A stretch of DNA of 64,000 nucleotides from a bacterium (GTDB taxonomy: Bacteria; Zixibacteria; MSB-5A5; GN15; FEB-12). This document shows positions 7,879 to 17,735 of the stretch, one piece after another. The notes beneath the pieces were generated by a model that was not told the origin of the DNA, made no database searches, and saw nothing but the letters and a program-made list of their open reading frames with translations. Every line of letters starts with the position of its first letter. The first letter of the stretch is position 1. Made by a program: the position numbers and the translations under genes. The stretch lies in the NCBI GenBank assembly GCA_016708025.1, contig JADJGQ010000004.1, positions 196,903 through 260,902 on the forward strand, given 5' to 3'.

Positions 7879-8991
7879 TTGGAACGTGCCTCACGAATTG
7901 GATCACTCGACATCAGCCTGATACGGCAGATCGCTGAAGCGGCGCCGGCAGGGGCGATCCCGCTAGGGATCGGTGAGCCGACCTGGGATCTTCCAGCGCC
8001 GGCCCTAAAGGTACTGCATGATTGGTCAGGGCGTGCGCCCTATGGAGCGGGGACGGGTCTACCAGAACTTCGGCAGGCAATTGCGACCTATTACGGCGTG
8101 ACGGTGGACCATGTGGTTGTGACGCAGGGGTCGATCGGCGGACTTTTTTCGCTATTGCAGGCATGGGTAGGAGCCGGGGATAGGGTTCTTCTGCCTGATC
8201 CGGGTTTTGTGACCTATCCAAATCTGGTTCGGTTTGCGCAGGCGGAACCGGTCTTCTATCCGCTGAATGAAGCCAATAGATTTCGCCTGGATGTGGCTCA
8301 GGTTCTTTCGCGCCTGGATGACAAGCGAGTCAAAGCGGTGATAGTGAATCATCCCTCGAACCCGACTGGTGCAGGGTGTGATGCTGACGATCTGAAAAGA
8401 CTGGCAGAGGAATGTCACGCTCGGGGGATTCTATTGATCTCGGACGAAGTTTACCGGGACCTCTATTTTGGTCATCGACCGGCGGGACTTCGCGAGCACT
8501 CGCCTCATGGTGTGGTAGTCAGTTCGGTCAGCAAAGGATGGGGAGCGCCGGGGTTGCGAGTGGGATGGATGATCGGTGACCCGGAGCTTCTGGCGCCAGC
8601 CAGGACAGTCCACAGCTATGCGACGACCTCGCCATCGTATGTGGCGCAGAAGGCGGCGCTGGCGCTGATCGAAAACAGCGAAGAGATACACCTAGCCGCG
8701 CGGAGAGAGCTACAGGCGCGGTGGGAGGCGTTACGCGAGGCCAAGCTACGGTATTTTGGGATCGCTGATCTTCCTCCAGATGGATCATTCTACCATTTCA
8801 TGCCATTGCCGGACGGGGCAGAGAGTGATCCCGTTGCGTTTGCGATCAAAGTACGAGATGAGGCCGGAGTGGTTGTGATCCCGGGTCTGGCGTTTGGCGA
8901 ACGAGGGAGGAGATATATGCGAGTGAGTTTCGCAGCCACGCCAGAACAGATTGACGAGGGGATCCGCCGCTTGGCACCGTACTGGCGTTGA
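7879..8991 (+). CDS. class I/II PLP-dependent aminotransferase, probably aromatic or aspartate aminotransferase
   Basis: TTG start 3 nt after the tyrA stop. NHPSNPTG and the PLP-lysine motif SVSKGWGAPGLRVGW are present. 370 aa. Confidence 0.8.
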   Translation: MERASRIGSLDISLIRQIAEAAPAGAIPLGIGEPTWDLPAPALKVLHDWSGRAPYGAGTGLPELRQAIATYYGVTVDHVVVTQGSIGGLFSLLQAWVGAGDRVLLPDPGFVTYPNLVRFAQAEPVFYPLNEANRFRLDVAQVLSRLDDKRVKAVIVNHPSNPTGAGCDADDLKRLAEECHARGILLISDEVYRDLYFGHRPAGLREHSPHGVVVSSVSKGWGAPGLRVGWMIGDPELLAPARTVHSYATTSPSYVAQKAALALIENSEEIHLAARRELQARWEALREAKLRYFGIADLPPDGSFYHFMPLPDGAESDPVAFAIKVRDEAGVVVIPGLAFGERGRRYMRVSFAATPEQIDEGIRRLAPYWR

Positions 8992-9011
8992 TCGTCTTCT
9001 TGCTTCACGGA

Positions 9012-9770
9012 CTATTTCGGCGGATGGTACATCCAGACATTCGGTTCGCAATAGGTGCCGATATCCGCTTTCAGATCGATCTCAATTGGATTTAATGCTC
9101 CCGGAATAATGTACTGGCCGGATTGTAAAAAGCGCAGGCCGGTCCATTTCTCCCATGAGGCAATGCTGTTTTTGACCCAGAATGCCTTGTGGCAGACAGA
9201 GACGACCCGTGCGCCGAGCCGGGCATGAACCCGCATCCAGGCATCAAAGGGGAGTCCTTCTTCAGTTTTCCACTTGATGTAGTCATCCATCGGAATCAGC
9301 GGATAATCAGACTTTCTATTTGGCCGTACCGGAGCGACCATGTGGGGAATACCCTGTTTGGCGCCGAGTGAGCGCATCGCTTTGACTACCTCGCCGCTCG
9401 CTCCTTTGGAGCGGAGCTGGGGGCTGATGCAGATCTGCAGGGCAGACTGATAGTTCGGGGTGCGGCCAGCGCGGCGATCTTCGATCCCCTTCATGAGCAC
9501 CCACTCCCAGCCTTCATCGGGAAGTTGTTCGACAGGTTTATCCCAGTAGAAGCTGATGGAATTCCCCTGCGCGACGAGGGAATCATCGCGGGTGTCAATC
9601 AGGCCGAACTGGTACTCGGGGAAATCAGAGAAGAGATACTTGAAATTAACGTCGGCTATCTCATTCTCGTACATGAAAGCCGGCCATGAGCTGCTGGTCA
9701 ACTCGTGGATCTTCGGTTCAATATCGGGCCGTTCGGCCGTGGTGACGAATTTGTAGTATGATTCAAGCAT
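9012..9770 (-). CDS. conserved hypothetical protein, possibly a GNAT-like acyltransferase fold
   Basis: 252-aa clean ORF. The central segment LRSKGASGEVVKAMRSLGAKQG resembles a GNAT acetyl-CoA-binding loop. The functional call is weak. Confidence 0.4.
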   Translation of the reverse strand: MLESYYKFVTTAERPDIEPKIHELTSSSWPAFMYENEIADVNFKYLFSDFPEYQFGLIDTRDDSLVAQGNSISFYWDKPVEQLPDEGWEWVLMKGIEDRRAGRTPNYQSALQICISPQLRSKGASGEVVKAMRSLGAKQGIPHMVAPVRPNRKSDYPLIPMDDYIKWKTEEGLPFDAWMRVHARLGARVVSVCHKAFWVKNSIASWEKWTGLRFLQSGQYIIPGALNPIEIDLKADIGTYCEPNVWMYHPPK

Positions 9771-9806
9771 AGCGGCGAAGATAGGGACGGTGAAAGAATC
9801 GGCAAG

Positions 9807-10664
9807 TCATTTTTCCGGGGGGAAAGTAGATTGTAGATAGATCTGGAGATTGGTGTCGAGGTTGATGATACCAAGTTTGCGTCGGATCATTTCGCGGTGT
9901 TTTTGAACCGTGGTAGGAGAGACTTTCAGCGTAAGGGCGATCTCGTTGCTGGTCAGACCGGACCTTATCAGGCGACAGATCTCCAGCTCACGAGGGGAGA
10001 GGGTAGGGAAATTCTGCTGGAGTGAGCTGATAAATGGTGAGGTGATCTCGGCCAGGTCCTTCTCCAGGATCGAGGCGAGGTGAAGAGTGCGTTTCTGAGT
10101 TGAGGTTTTCAGTTCGCGGATGGTCGGCGTAATGGCGCGTTTGATATTGGTGGCCAACTGAAGTCTGATCTGTCTGTTTTCGTCGTTCACATGTTCAAAC
10201 AGCTCGCGCAGTGCCGCCACCTTGCGGCCAAGCCCCTGGCATTCCTGGTGCGCCTGATAGGCTTCATTGCGCAAACCGGAGCGGAGCCTAGCGGCCTCGA
10301 GTTCTCTTCGAACCGCAAATGGCAGGCGGTCAAGATCAGTTAGCGTGAAGCAATCGTTGGCGCCCGCGGCAACCAAGTGGCCGAATGGGAGATTGGCGAT
10401 TGAAGCGGTGAATGCCATGATCGGGATGTCAAGACGGTGTTCTTCTCGCAGTCTGGCAGAAGTAGACAAGCCGACTGAATCGGAGTCCAGGTCGACGATA
10501 ATCAGTTCGCAGCCGCCAGCGAGGAATGCCTCGGTCAACTGTTCTGATGTTTCAATGAACTGCACGGCCAATTCGAAGCCGGATTCTTTTAGGGAATGAG
10601 AAATGGCCGGCCAGTGAGACTGGTCAGTCGCCAAAAAAAGAACTTTTAGAGTATCTTTGCGCAT
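9807..10664 (-). CDS. response-regulator receiver domain fused to a LuxR-type HTH
   Basis: I trimmed the track ORF (9807..10772) to the ATG at 10664 (MRKDTLKVLFLATD...). It has a receiver-like N-terminus (ELIIVDLDSD), a coiled coil and the LuxR HTH LSPRELEICRLIRSGLTSNEIA...TVQKHREMIRRKLG. Confidence 0.8.
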   Translation of the reverse strand: MRKDTLKVLFLATDQSHWPAISHSLKESGFELAVQFIETSEQLTEAFLAGGCELIIVDLDSDSVGLSTSARLREEHRLDIPIMAFTASIANLPFGHLVAAGANDCFTLTDLDRLPFAVRRELEAARLRSGLRNEAYQAHQECQGLGRKVAALRELFEHVNDENRQIRLQLATNIKRAITPTIRELKTSTQKRTLHLASILEKDLAEITSPFISSLQQNFPTLSPRELEICRLIRSGLTSNEIALTLKVSPTTVQKHREMIRRKLGIINLDTNLQIYLQSTFPPEK

Positions 10665-10904
10665 CAAAATCAAGTCTTTCGCACCACGGGTAATGATAAA
10701 TGATACAATCTGCGTTATCAGACCTCTTCCAAACAATTGCTCAAAAATAGACAACAAGGCCACATTCTGCAAGTAGAAAGGGATGAAGCGTTAGGGGTGA
10801 GGATTGGTCTGATTGGCTGTTAAAGACTGGCGTCGGGGAGTGGGTGTTTATATACTGGTCGGAGTTTCCGGACCCGAAAATTGGTGAATTCAGAGAGCGC
10901 ATTA

Positions 10905-11810
10905 ATGGATGTAACACGAACACCTAAGAAGATCGCGGCTGCTTTTTCGTATGCATGGCGGTTTCTGAAATCAATGGTCCACAAGGGGGAGGAGCAGCAC
11001 ATATTCCTGATGTCCGGGGGGCTGGCTTTTTCATTGGTATTCTGCATTATCCCCCTGGGTCTGATCGCTTTCTCCCTGTTAGGACTGGTGTTTGAAAAGA
11101 CCGCGCTGGCCGCGGAGATCGGTCAGTTTATTGATCGGGCAGTCCCGCACCAGCAGTTTGCGGATTCGCTGAAATCGGTCGTATTTGCCCGAGCGGAGGA
11201 GTTCAGGGTCTACAAAGGGATGGCGGGTCTGATCGGTATGCTGGGGCTATTATTGGCCGCCAGCGGATTATTCAGCAGTATGCGAACCGTGCTGAATGCG
11301 ATCTTTCACGCGTCGGGCGGCTCTCGTCTGTACAAGGAGAAATTTCGCGATCTGGGGATCGTGCTCCTGGTGCTTCTGTATTTTGTCCTCTCGATTGGGG
11401 TTGTGCCACTGATCGATGTGGCTTTAGCAATGGCCAGCAAGTTGAAGGCGCTGGAGTGGCTGGATCTTAAATTGGCACAGCGTTATCTCGTACATTTGGT
11501 GACAGTAGCTCTTATCCTGGGGGGATATGTGACGCTCTACCTGGCAGTACCACAACGACGACAGCCGATGCGGGTGGTGATGATCGCGGGACTGTCGGCG
11601 ACCATTCTCTGGTTTCTGGCGAAGGAAGCGTTTGGACTTTATGTGCTTCATGCCGCCAGCCTGAAAAAGATCTATGGCGCGTATGTAGTGGCGGTGATGC
11701 TTGGACTCTGGATCTACTACACATCGCTCGTTTTCATTGTCGGGGCGATGATCGGTCAGGTCTACAAAGAGCTGAGGGAAGCGCAAAGTATCGAAGCTGA
11801 TGCCAGTTGA
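10905..11810 (+). CDS. YihY/BrkB (ribonuclease BN-like) family inner-membrane protein
   Basis: Polytopic membrane protein with the family-typical MSGGLAFSLVFCIIPL segment. The first ATG is at 10905; the track begins at a TTG at 10881. Confidence 0.75.
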   Translation: MDVTRTPKKIAAAFSYAWRFLKSMVHKGEEQHIFLMSGGLAFSLVFCIIPLGLIAFSLLGLVFEKTALAAEIGQFIDRAVPHQQFADSLKSVVFARAEEFRVYKGMAGLIGMLGLLLAASGLFSSMRTVLNAIFHASGGSRLYKEKFRDLGIVLLVLLYFVLSIGVVPLIDVALAMASKLKALEWLDLKLAQRYLVHLVTVALILGGYVTLYLAVPQRRQPMRVVMIAGLSATILWFLAKEAFGLYVLHAASLKKIYGAYVVAVMLGLWIYYTSLVFIVGAMIGQVYKELREAQSIEADAS

Positions 11811-11860
11811 TTCCGGAAAGATGGACCTGGCCGGTGGTGCCACCGACCAGGTTGCAGAAT

Positions 11861-13540
11861 CTATATACGCGAGAGTTTTCGATACCGATTTCGGCGATTC
11901 TCGAACAGTCCGCTCCCCAATTCCTTCATTCGCCATTCTTCGTATTCCTGGTAGTTACCTTCGAACCACCTGACATTCCCTTCCCCTTCAAAGACCAACA
12001 GATGGGTGCAGATCCGGTTGAGGAAAAAGCGATCGTGGCTGATGATCATGGCGCAGCCGGAAAAGGCGAGGATCGCTTCCTCCAGCAGGCGGAGGGTGTT
12101 GACATCGAGGTCGTTGGTAGGTTCGTCGAGAAGGATCAGGTTGCCTCCGGCTTTGAGGATCTGAGCGAGGTGGGCGCGGTTGCGTTCGCCGCCCGAAAGC
12201 GCCTGGACCGATTTCTGCTGGTCCGAGCCTTTGAATCCAAAACGGGCCAGATATTGACGAGCCGGGACGGTTCGATTGCCAAACGGAATGTCACCATCGC
12301 CACCGCAGACTGCCTGAATCACGGGGAGGTCGGTGTTGAGCGAGTCGCGCATCTGTTCAACAAACGCCAGCTTGACGGTTGGTCCGACGGCGACTGTGCC
12401 GGTGTCCGGTTTTTCATCGCCGGTGATCATTTTGAAGAGGGTCGTTTTGCCGGCACCGTTCGGGCCGATCACGCCGACAACTGCCGCTTTGGGGAGTTTG
12501 AAGCTCATCTCTTTGATCAGTAGGTTGTCGCCATACCCTTTGGAGACCTTGTCAAATTCAACTACCTGGTCGCCGAGGTGGGGCGCAGGGGCGATGGTGA
12601 TAACGTGGTTTTCTTCTTTTGACGCGGCCGTCTCTTTCGCCACCAATTGTTCGTACTCAGCGAGGCGAGTACGAGACATTTCGTGGCGGTCCTTGTTGCT
12701 CATCTTGATCCAGGAGAGTTCGCGCTCGAGCATCCGCTTTCGGGGAGAATCCTGACCGGCTTCGCCAGCCAACCGCTTCAGTTTCTGTTCCAGCCAGGAG
12801 GTGTAGTTTCCTTCCCACGGTATTCCTTTGCCGCTCTCCAATTCGAGGATCCAACGGGTGATGTTATCCAGGAAATATCGATCGTGGGTCACGATGATGA
12901 CAGTGCCGGGGTATTCTTTGAGCTGGGCTTCGAGCCAGTCGACCGTCTCAGCATCGAGGTGGTTGGTCGGTTCGTCGAGGAGGACGAGGTCCGGCTGTTC
13001 CAGGAGGATCTTGCAGATCGCGACGCGGCGCTTTTCACCGCCGGAGAGAGTGGCCACAGAGCGGTCGTCATCGGGAAGGCAGAGGGCATCGGCGACGCGG
13101 TTGATCTTCTGGTCGAGATTCCAGGCATCGGCGGCATCGAGCTTGTCCTGCAGTTCTCCCATGCGGGTCATCGCCTTGTCCATTTCGGCATCGGAGAGCG
13201 GTTCGGCCAGTTTGGCGGTGATGGCATCATATTCGGCCATCAGTTGCTGAATCTCACCGAACGCCATTTCGAGGTTCTGTTTGACGGTGGCGGTTTCATC
13301 GAGTCGGGGTTCCTGGGGGACGATCCCGCGCTTGTAGCCGGGAGTGATCTCGGCGGTTCCCTGGAAGTGGTCATCCATCCCCGCCATGATCTTCAGGACG
13401 GTGGATTTTCCTGAACCGTTTTCTCCGACAATGCCGATCTTCGCGCCCGGGAAGAAACTGAGGTTGATGTCTTTCAGCACCTGTTTTTGGCCATAAAACT
13501 TGTTCAGGCGCAACATCGTGAAAATGAACTTATCTGCCAT
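11861..13540 (-). CDS. ettA: ABC-F ATPase, energy-dependent translational throttle protein EttA
   Basis: 559 aa with two ABC cassettes (GENGSGKST / LSGGEKRRVA; GPNGAGKTT / LSGGERNRAH) and no TM domain. The N-terminus MADKFIFTMLRLNKFYG and the overall length match EttA. Confidence 0.9.
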   Translation of the reverse strand: MADKFIFTMLRLNKFYGQKQVLKDINLSFFPGAKIGIVGENGSGKSTVLKIMAGMDDHFQGTAEITPGYKRGIVPQEPRLDETATVKQNLEMAFGEIQQLMAEYDAITAKLAEPLSDAEMDKAMTRMGELQDKLDAADAWNLDQKINRVADALCLPDDDRSVATLSGGEKRRVAICKILLEQPDLVLLDEPTNHLDAETVDWLEAQLKEYPGTVIIVTHDRYFLDNITRWILELESGKGIPWEGNYTSWLEQKLKRLAGEAGQDSPRKRMLERELSWIKMSNKDRHEMSRTRLAEYEQLVAKETAASKEENHVITIAPAPHLGDQVVEFDKVSKGYGDNLLIKEMSFKLPKAAVVGVIGPNGAGKTTLFKMITGDEKPDTGTVAVGPTVKLAFVEQMRDSLNTDLPVIQAVCGGDGDIPFGNRTVPARQYLARFGFKGSDQQKSVQALSGGERNRAHLAQILKAGGNLILLDEPTNDLDVNTLRLLEEAILAFSGCAMIISHDRFFLNRICTHLLVFEGEGNVRWFEGNYQEYEEWRMKELGSGLFENRRNRYRKLSRI

Positions 13541-13796
13541 ACGCTCTTTCTATTTGGGTTCGTTTGGGCCGTCCATTGGATGTGGTCGGCTGTCGGGAAG
13601 GACAGGAAAAAAGTTACTGCTGTCAAGTTCTGCGTGCGGCTGTTCGGCATGCCGTATGTGTACCGTTTTCATAGCAGGAAATGGGCAGATTGTGAGACAA
13701 CTGACTTGACTGGATTATCCATATTAGCTATGCTTGCGAGGATCGCCAATGTCTTGTACATACGGACCTAACTCAGTACGTGCCTCGGGAGGATCC

Positions 13797-15753
13797 ATGC
13801 GCACATTCGCCGTTTTGCTGTTTATCACCCTGACAGTCATCATTATGTCTCCATCGAATCTGACCTTTGCCGGTGAGAAGGGGCCGGAGTTCGGCAAAGT
13901 CACCGATGCCGAGTGGCAGTTGTCATTTCCGCCCAAATACCCGGAAGCGAATGCCATAATCGTGTTCGATCGGTGCAGTCTGATGGTTGGTCCGCCCTCG
14001 GAGGGGAGCGGGATCGAAATCCGGCGGCATGTGCGGATGAAGATCCTTCGCCCGGCAGGGGCGGAAGAGATCGGCGAGGTGGAGATTCCGTATCGCGATG
14101 GAGATCGACTCAAGGATGTGAAGGCGCAGACGATCCGACCTGATGGGACGGTCACGAAAGTGGAAGGGAAGGATTTTTTCGAGAAGACGGTCGAAGACTG
14201 GAAGGTCAGGACATTCTCTTTTCCGGCGGCAGACAGCGGCTGTATAGTTGAATATACCTATCGTAATTTCAACAATCGATATTACTATCTCAAGCCGTGG
14301 GATTTTCAGACAGATATCTATACTCTGGAGTCTCGTTTTGCGCTGACGTTGTATCCGGGGTTCACTTACAGTTCCTCCTACAGCAATGTACCGGTCACCA
14401 AGCGGGACCCGGTTGTTACCGAGTCAGTTGCTCCCGGGGATATCTTCACGACGCTCAAGTGTTTTGTTTGGCGAATGGAGAATCTTCCTCCGCTGGTTGA
14501 TGAACCGTACGGTGGAGTCGAGGCGGATTACCAGTCGAGCCTCAATTATCAGCTTGTTTCGTACAAGTATCCTAAGTCGGGGTACATCGAGAAATATATT
14601 GAAGGGTGGGAGGATCTGGGAGAAAAGCAGGACAAGTTTCTGCGAGACTACTATTCCAACGGAAAGGTGAAGCCGCTGCTGGAGCCGTTGATCGCGGGGA
14701 TCACCGATCCGCTGGAGAAGACCCGACGGATCTACCAGTATGTGACGGCGAATTATGCGGCGAAGGCAGATCCAGTCGGTTACTGGCTGTCGCACGATAA
14801 TCTCAATCAGATGCTCAAGGAGGGGTATGGGACTCCGGAAGAGAAGAATCTCATGCTGGTGCACATGCTTCGGGAGGCGGGGATCCAGAGCTGGCCGGTG
14901 GAGATCAGCACGCGCGATCATAAGCGGTTTAATCCTGAGGTGTTCCAGATCCAGCAGTTCAACCACGTTATCTGCTATGCGCAGTTGGATGACAGCAGTG
15001 GCATTTACATGGATGCCACGACCAAGTACTGTCCCTTTGGGATGCTTCCGCCGAACAGCCTGGTGGAAGGTGGGTTTCTGATCGATGGGAAGAAGTCGCA
15101 GTTGGTCAGGGTGTTTTATACCGATCGTCGGACTTACCGACTGGATGAAACATATGCTGATCGACAGTCTTGGCGCGGCGCGCTGTTCCACCACGTGCAG
15201 TATGACCGGTTATCTGGCATCCAATTTTGGACGGTTGAGTGAAGAGAAGTCCCTGGATGATTTTATCGATGACTATTTCCTTGACTATGTCGGGGAGAAT
15301 CGGACGCTCGAATCCAAATCGCTGACGGCTGATTCGACCGGCCGACTGGTGATCACCTTTGTTTATACTGTGCCGGAATTTGCTAGAGAGTTGGATAACA
15401 ATCTGGTGGTGAAGCCGGTGAGCTATCGGTTCCGCGAGAATCCGTTCACACGGGAGAAGCGGGTTTATCCGATCGACTTTGATTTTCCATATGTCTATCA
15501 CAACGTGGTGATAATTGGCAGTAGTAGACCGATGGTGACGGCGACGCTTCCGCAGCAGGTGACCAGTGCAGCGCCGGGAATCACGTACAAGCGATTGGCG
15601 CAGTTTATCGACGGCAAGGTGCAACTGGATGCCAAGCTGACGATCACCAATGATCTGCTGGAACCGGATGCGTATCCCGAGGTGAAAAAACTGTTCGAGG
15701 ATGTTGCGCACGCGTCACAGGATGAGGTGATTTTGCATATGGGAGCCCAGTGA
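13797..15753 (+). pseudogene. DUF3857 / transglutaminase-like / DUF3858 protein, split by a +1 frameshift and lacking the catalytic Cys
   Basis: Two overlapping track ORFs (13734..15242 and 15085..15753) are together collinear with the downstream 625-aa paralog. The frame switch maps to GAAAC at about 15147-15151. A signal peptide (MRTFAVLLFITLTVIIMSPSNLTFA) starts at 13797. The paralog's GYGDCKG motif reads GYGTPEE here. Confidence 0.6.
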
Positions 15754-17627
15754 TGTCTCGCGTTGCAACCTGGCTTCTGCTTTTGATCTTCGTTTGCGGT
15801 TTTTCTGCATTCGCCGGCGAGGGGGACGAGGTCGCCCGGTTTGATTACGTTCGCTGGAAGTGCGATGTCATGGGGAGCAGTGCGACTGTCACCGTTCAAT
15901 TACAGTTGACGATCCTGAATCCAGCGGGGAAAGATTTTGGCGCGGTCAGCTTGACTGAGTCAAAGTATTCCCGGGTACGGAGTGCGGAGTACCGTCTGCT
16001 CGGTCCGAATGGGAAACCGATCCAGAAATTGAAGTTGGGTGATCTGACGAAGGCGTGCGGTTTTGGCGCGGGATTCGAATTGTACACTGACATCTGTCAT
16101 TATTTCGGCTCGTTTGCGTTTCCCAGCTATCCGGCAGTCATTGAGGCAACCTATACCAAAGAGTTTGACAATCTTTCCTTCATTGGGGCGCCGATTTTAC
16201 AGCATAATGATGCCTCGATCACGCTGCTGGAGATGACCCTGAATTGTGATGTCCAGCACCCGCTGGCCTGGAAGCTGTATGGGCTCGATGTCGAGCCGAC
16301 TGTGACGACCAACGGAAACCGGATGAACGCGGCTTGGCGGTTTGAGAATCTCCCGCCTGATCCGGAGATCAATCGGCTTCCGCTGGAAGAGAAGGGGAAG
16401 CCGTACATTGCGTTTGCTGATGAGACGTTCGAGCTGGAGGGGTACAAAGTAGAGGGGAGAACCTGGAAGAATCTTGGGGTCTGGTACAATAAACTTGCCG
16501 CGAAGCAGTACTTACCCGAAGGAACCAGTGTTGCCGCGACAGCGGGGACGATGGAGGATGCTCGACGGATCTACCGGGAGTTGATCAAATCGACGCGATA
16601 TGTGGCGGTTGAGGTTGGGCTTTCCGGTTGGCAGCCGCTTCCGGCGCAGGGAGTGGCCAGCAAAGGGTATGGCGACTGTAAGGGTCTCTCGACACTGCTG
16701 GTGTCGCGTTTGCGCGCCGCGGGGATCACGGCCTATCCGGTGTTGGTCCGAACTACCAGTCTGGGATTGATCGATCCGGAGTTCGTCACCGATGGGTTCA
16801 ATCATTTGATCACTTGTGCGGTGGTGGGGTCTGATACGCTGTGGCTGGACCCGACCTGTTCGGAGTGTCTGCCGGGGGATCTTCCGTCAATGGACGAAAA
16901 CACGCTGGCGTTGCTGGTGAATGACAGTGGCGGAGTATTAGTACGATTGCCGCAATCAACTTCGGCGGAGAATGTCCTCACCCGCGCGGTGCAGATGGTG
17001 ATCGATGATTCTACGTTCGTGCATCTGAAGGTCAAGGCGACTGCGATCGGGAACATGAGTCACTCGTTGCGGAATTTTCTCAAGCATGCCCAACGAGATC
17101 AGTTGGCGGATTTCACACACGACTACCTGATGAGCGGAGACCGTCGATTCAAGGTTCTCAGCCAGAAGCATGCGGGAGTCGACACGCTTGATATCCCTGT
17201 ATCGATCATGGGGGAACTTGAGGGGACACGCAAACTCGACCGGATCAAACAGACGGCCTATGTGAATCCGTTTGTGGTGGTGAGCCGGGACAAGCTGGAT
17301 GATATTCGACTCAGTGGGCGGACACTTCCGCTCAGTCTCGCTTATCCGTATTCAGTCTATGATTCGGTGAATATAGGCGGTTCTATTCTGGCGCAGTGTG
17401 ACTCGGTAGTCCTTCCGCCGCAGGACTCCTGTCAGTTTACGGGAGGGAAGATGGTGGTGTCTTACGCCATGACCGACCAGGGGCCGGTCGCGATTGCCCG
17501 CCAGGAATATACGCAGGCGGTGGTTCAGCCGGAACATTTTCCCGAGCTACAGACCTTTATAACATCCTATCGAAAGCTCCTTGATCGTCCGATCAAACTG
17601 CACCTGAAGTCGGCGACCAACAGGTAG
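15750..17627 (+). CDS. exported transglutaminase-like cysteine protease family protein (DUF3857 / TGase core / DUF3858 architecture)
   Basis: Signal peptide present. The Cys-His-Asp triad context is intact: GYGDCKGLSTLL, GFNHLI, LWLDPT. The start is GTG at 15750 or ATG at 15753, overlapping the upstream stop (TGATG). Confidence 0.8.
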   Translation: MMSRVATWLLLLIFVCGFSAFAGEGDEVARFDYVRWKCDVMGSSATVTVQLQLTILNPAGKDFGAVSLTESKYSRVRSAEYRLLGPNGKPIQKLKLGDLTKACGFGAGFELYTDICHYFGSFAFPSYPAVIEATYTKEFDNLSFIGAPILQHNDASITLLEMTLNCDVQHPLAWKLYGLDVEPTVTTNGNRMNAAWRFENLPPDPEINRLPLEEKGKPYIAFADETFELEGYKVEGRTWKNLGVWYNKLAAKQYLPEGTSVAATAGTMEDARRIYRELIKSTRYVAVEVGLSGWQPLPAQGVASKGYGDCKGLSTLLVSRLRAAGITAYPVLVRTTSLGLIDPEFVTDGFNHLITCAVVGSDTLWLDPTCSECLPGDLPSMDENTLALLVNDSGGVLVRLPQSTSAENVLTRAVQMVIDDSTFVHLKVKATAIGNMSHSLRNFLKHAQRDQLADFTHDYLMSGDRRFKVLSQKHAGVDTLDIPVSIMGELEGTRKLDRIKQTAYVNPFVVVSRDKLDDIRLSGRTLPLSLAYPYSVYDSVNIGGSILAQCDSVVLPPQDSCQFTGGKMVVSYAMTDQGPVAIARQEYTQAVVQPEHFPELQTFITSYRKLLDRPIKLHLKSATNR

Positions 17628-17735
17628 CCTCGACTTTAACAGAAATTAACTCCCGTCTTTGGAATTGGTCGGCTATGTTGCGAGTGAGTTCAGTAAGAAC
17701 TTACCGATCAACTGGCAAATTACCGTGGAGCAGAT

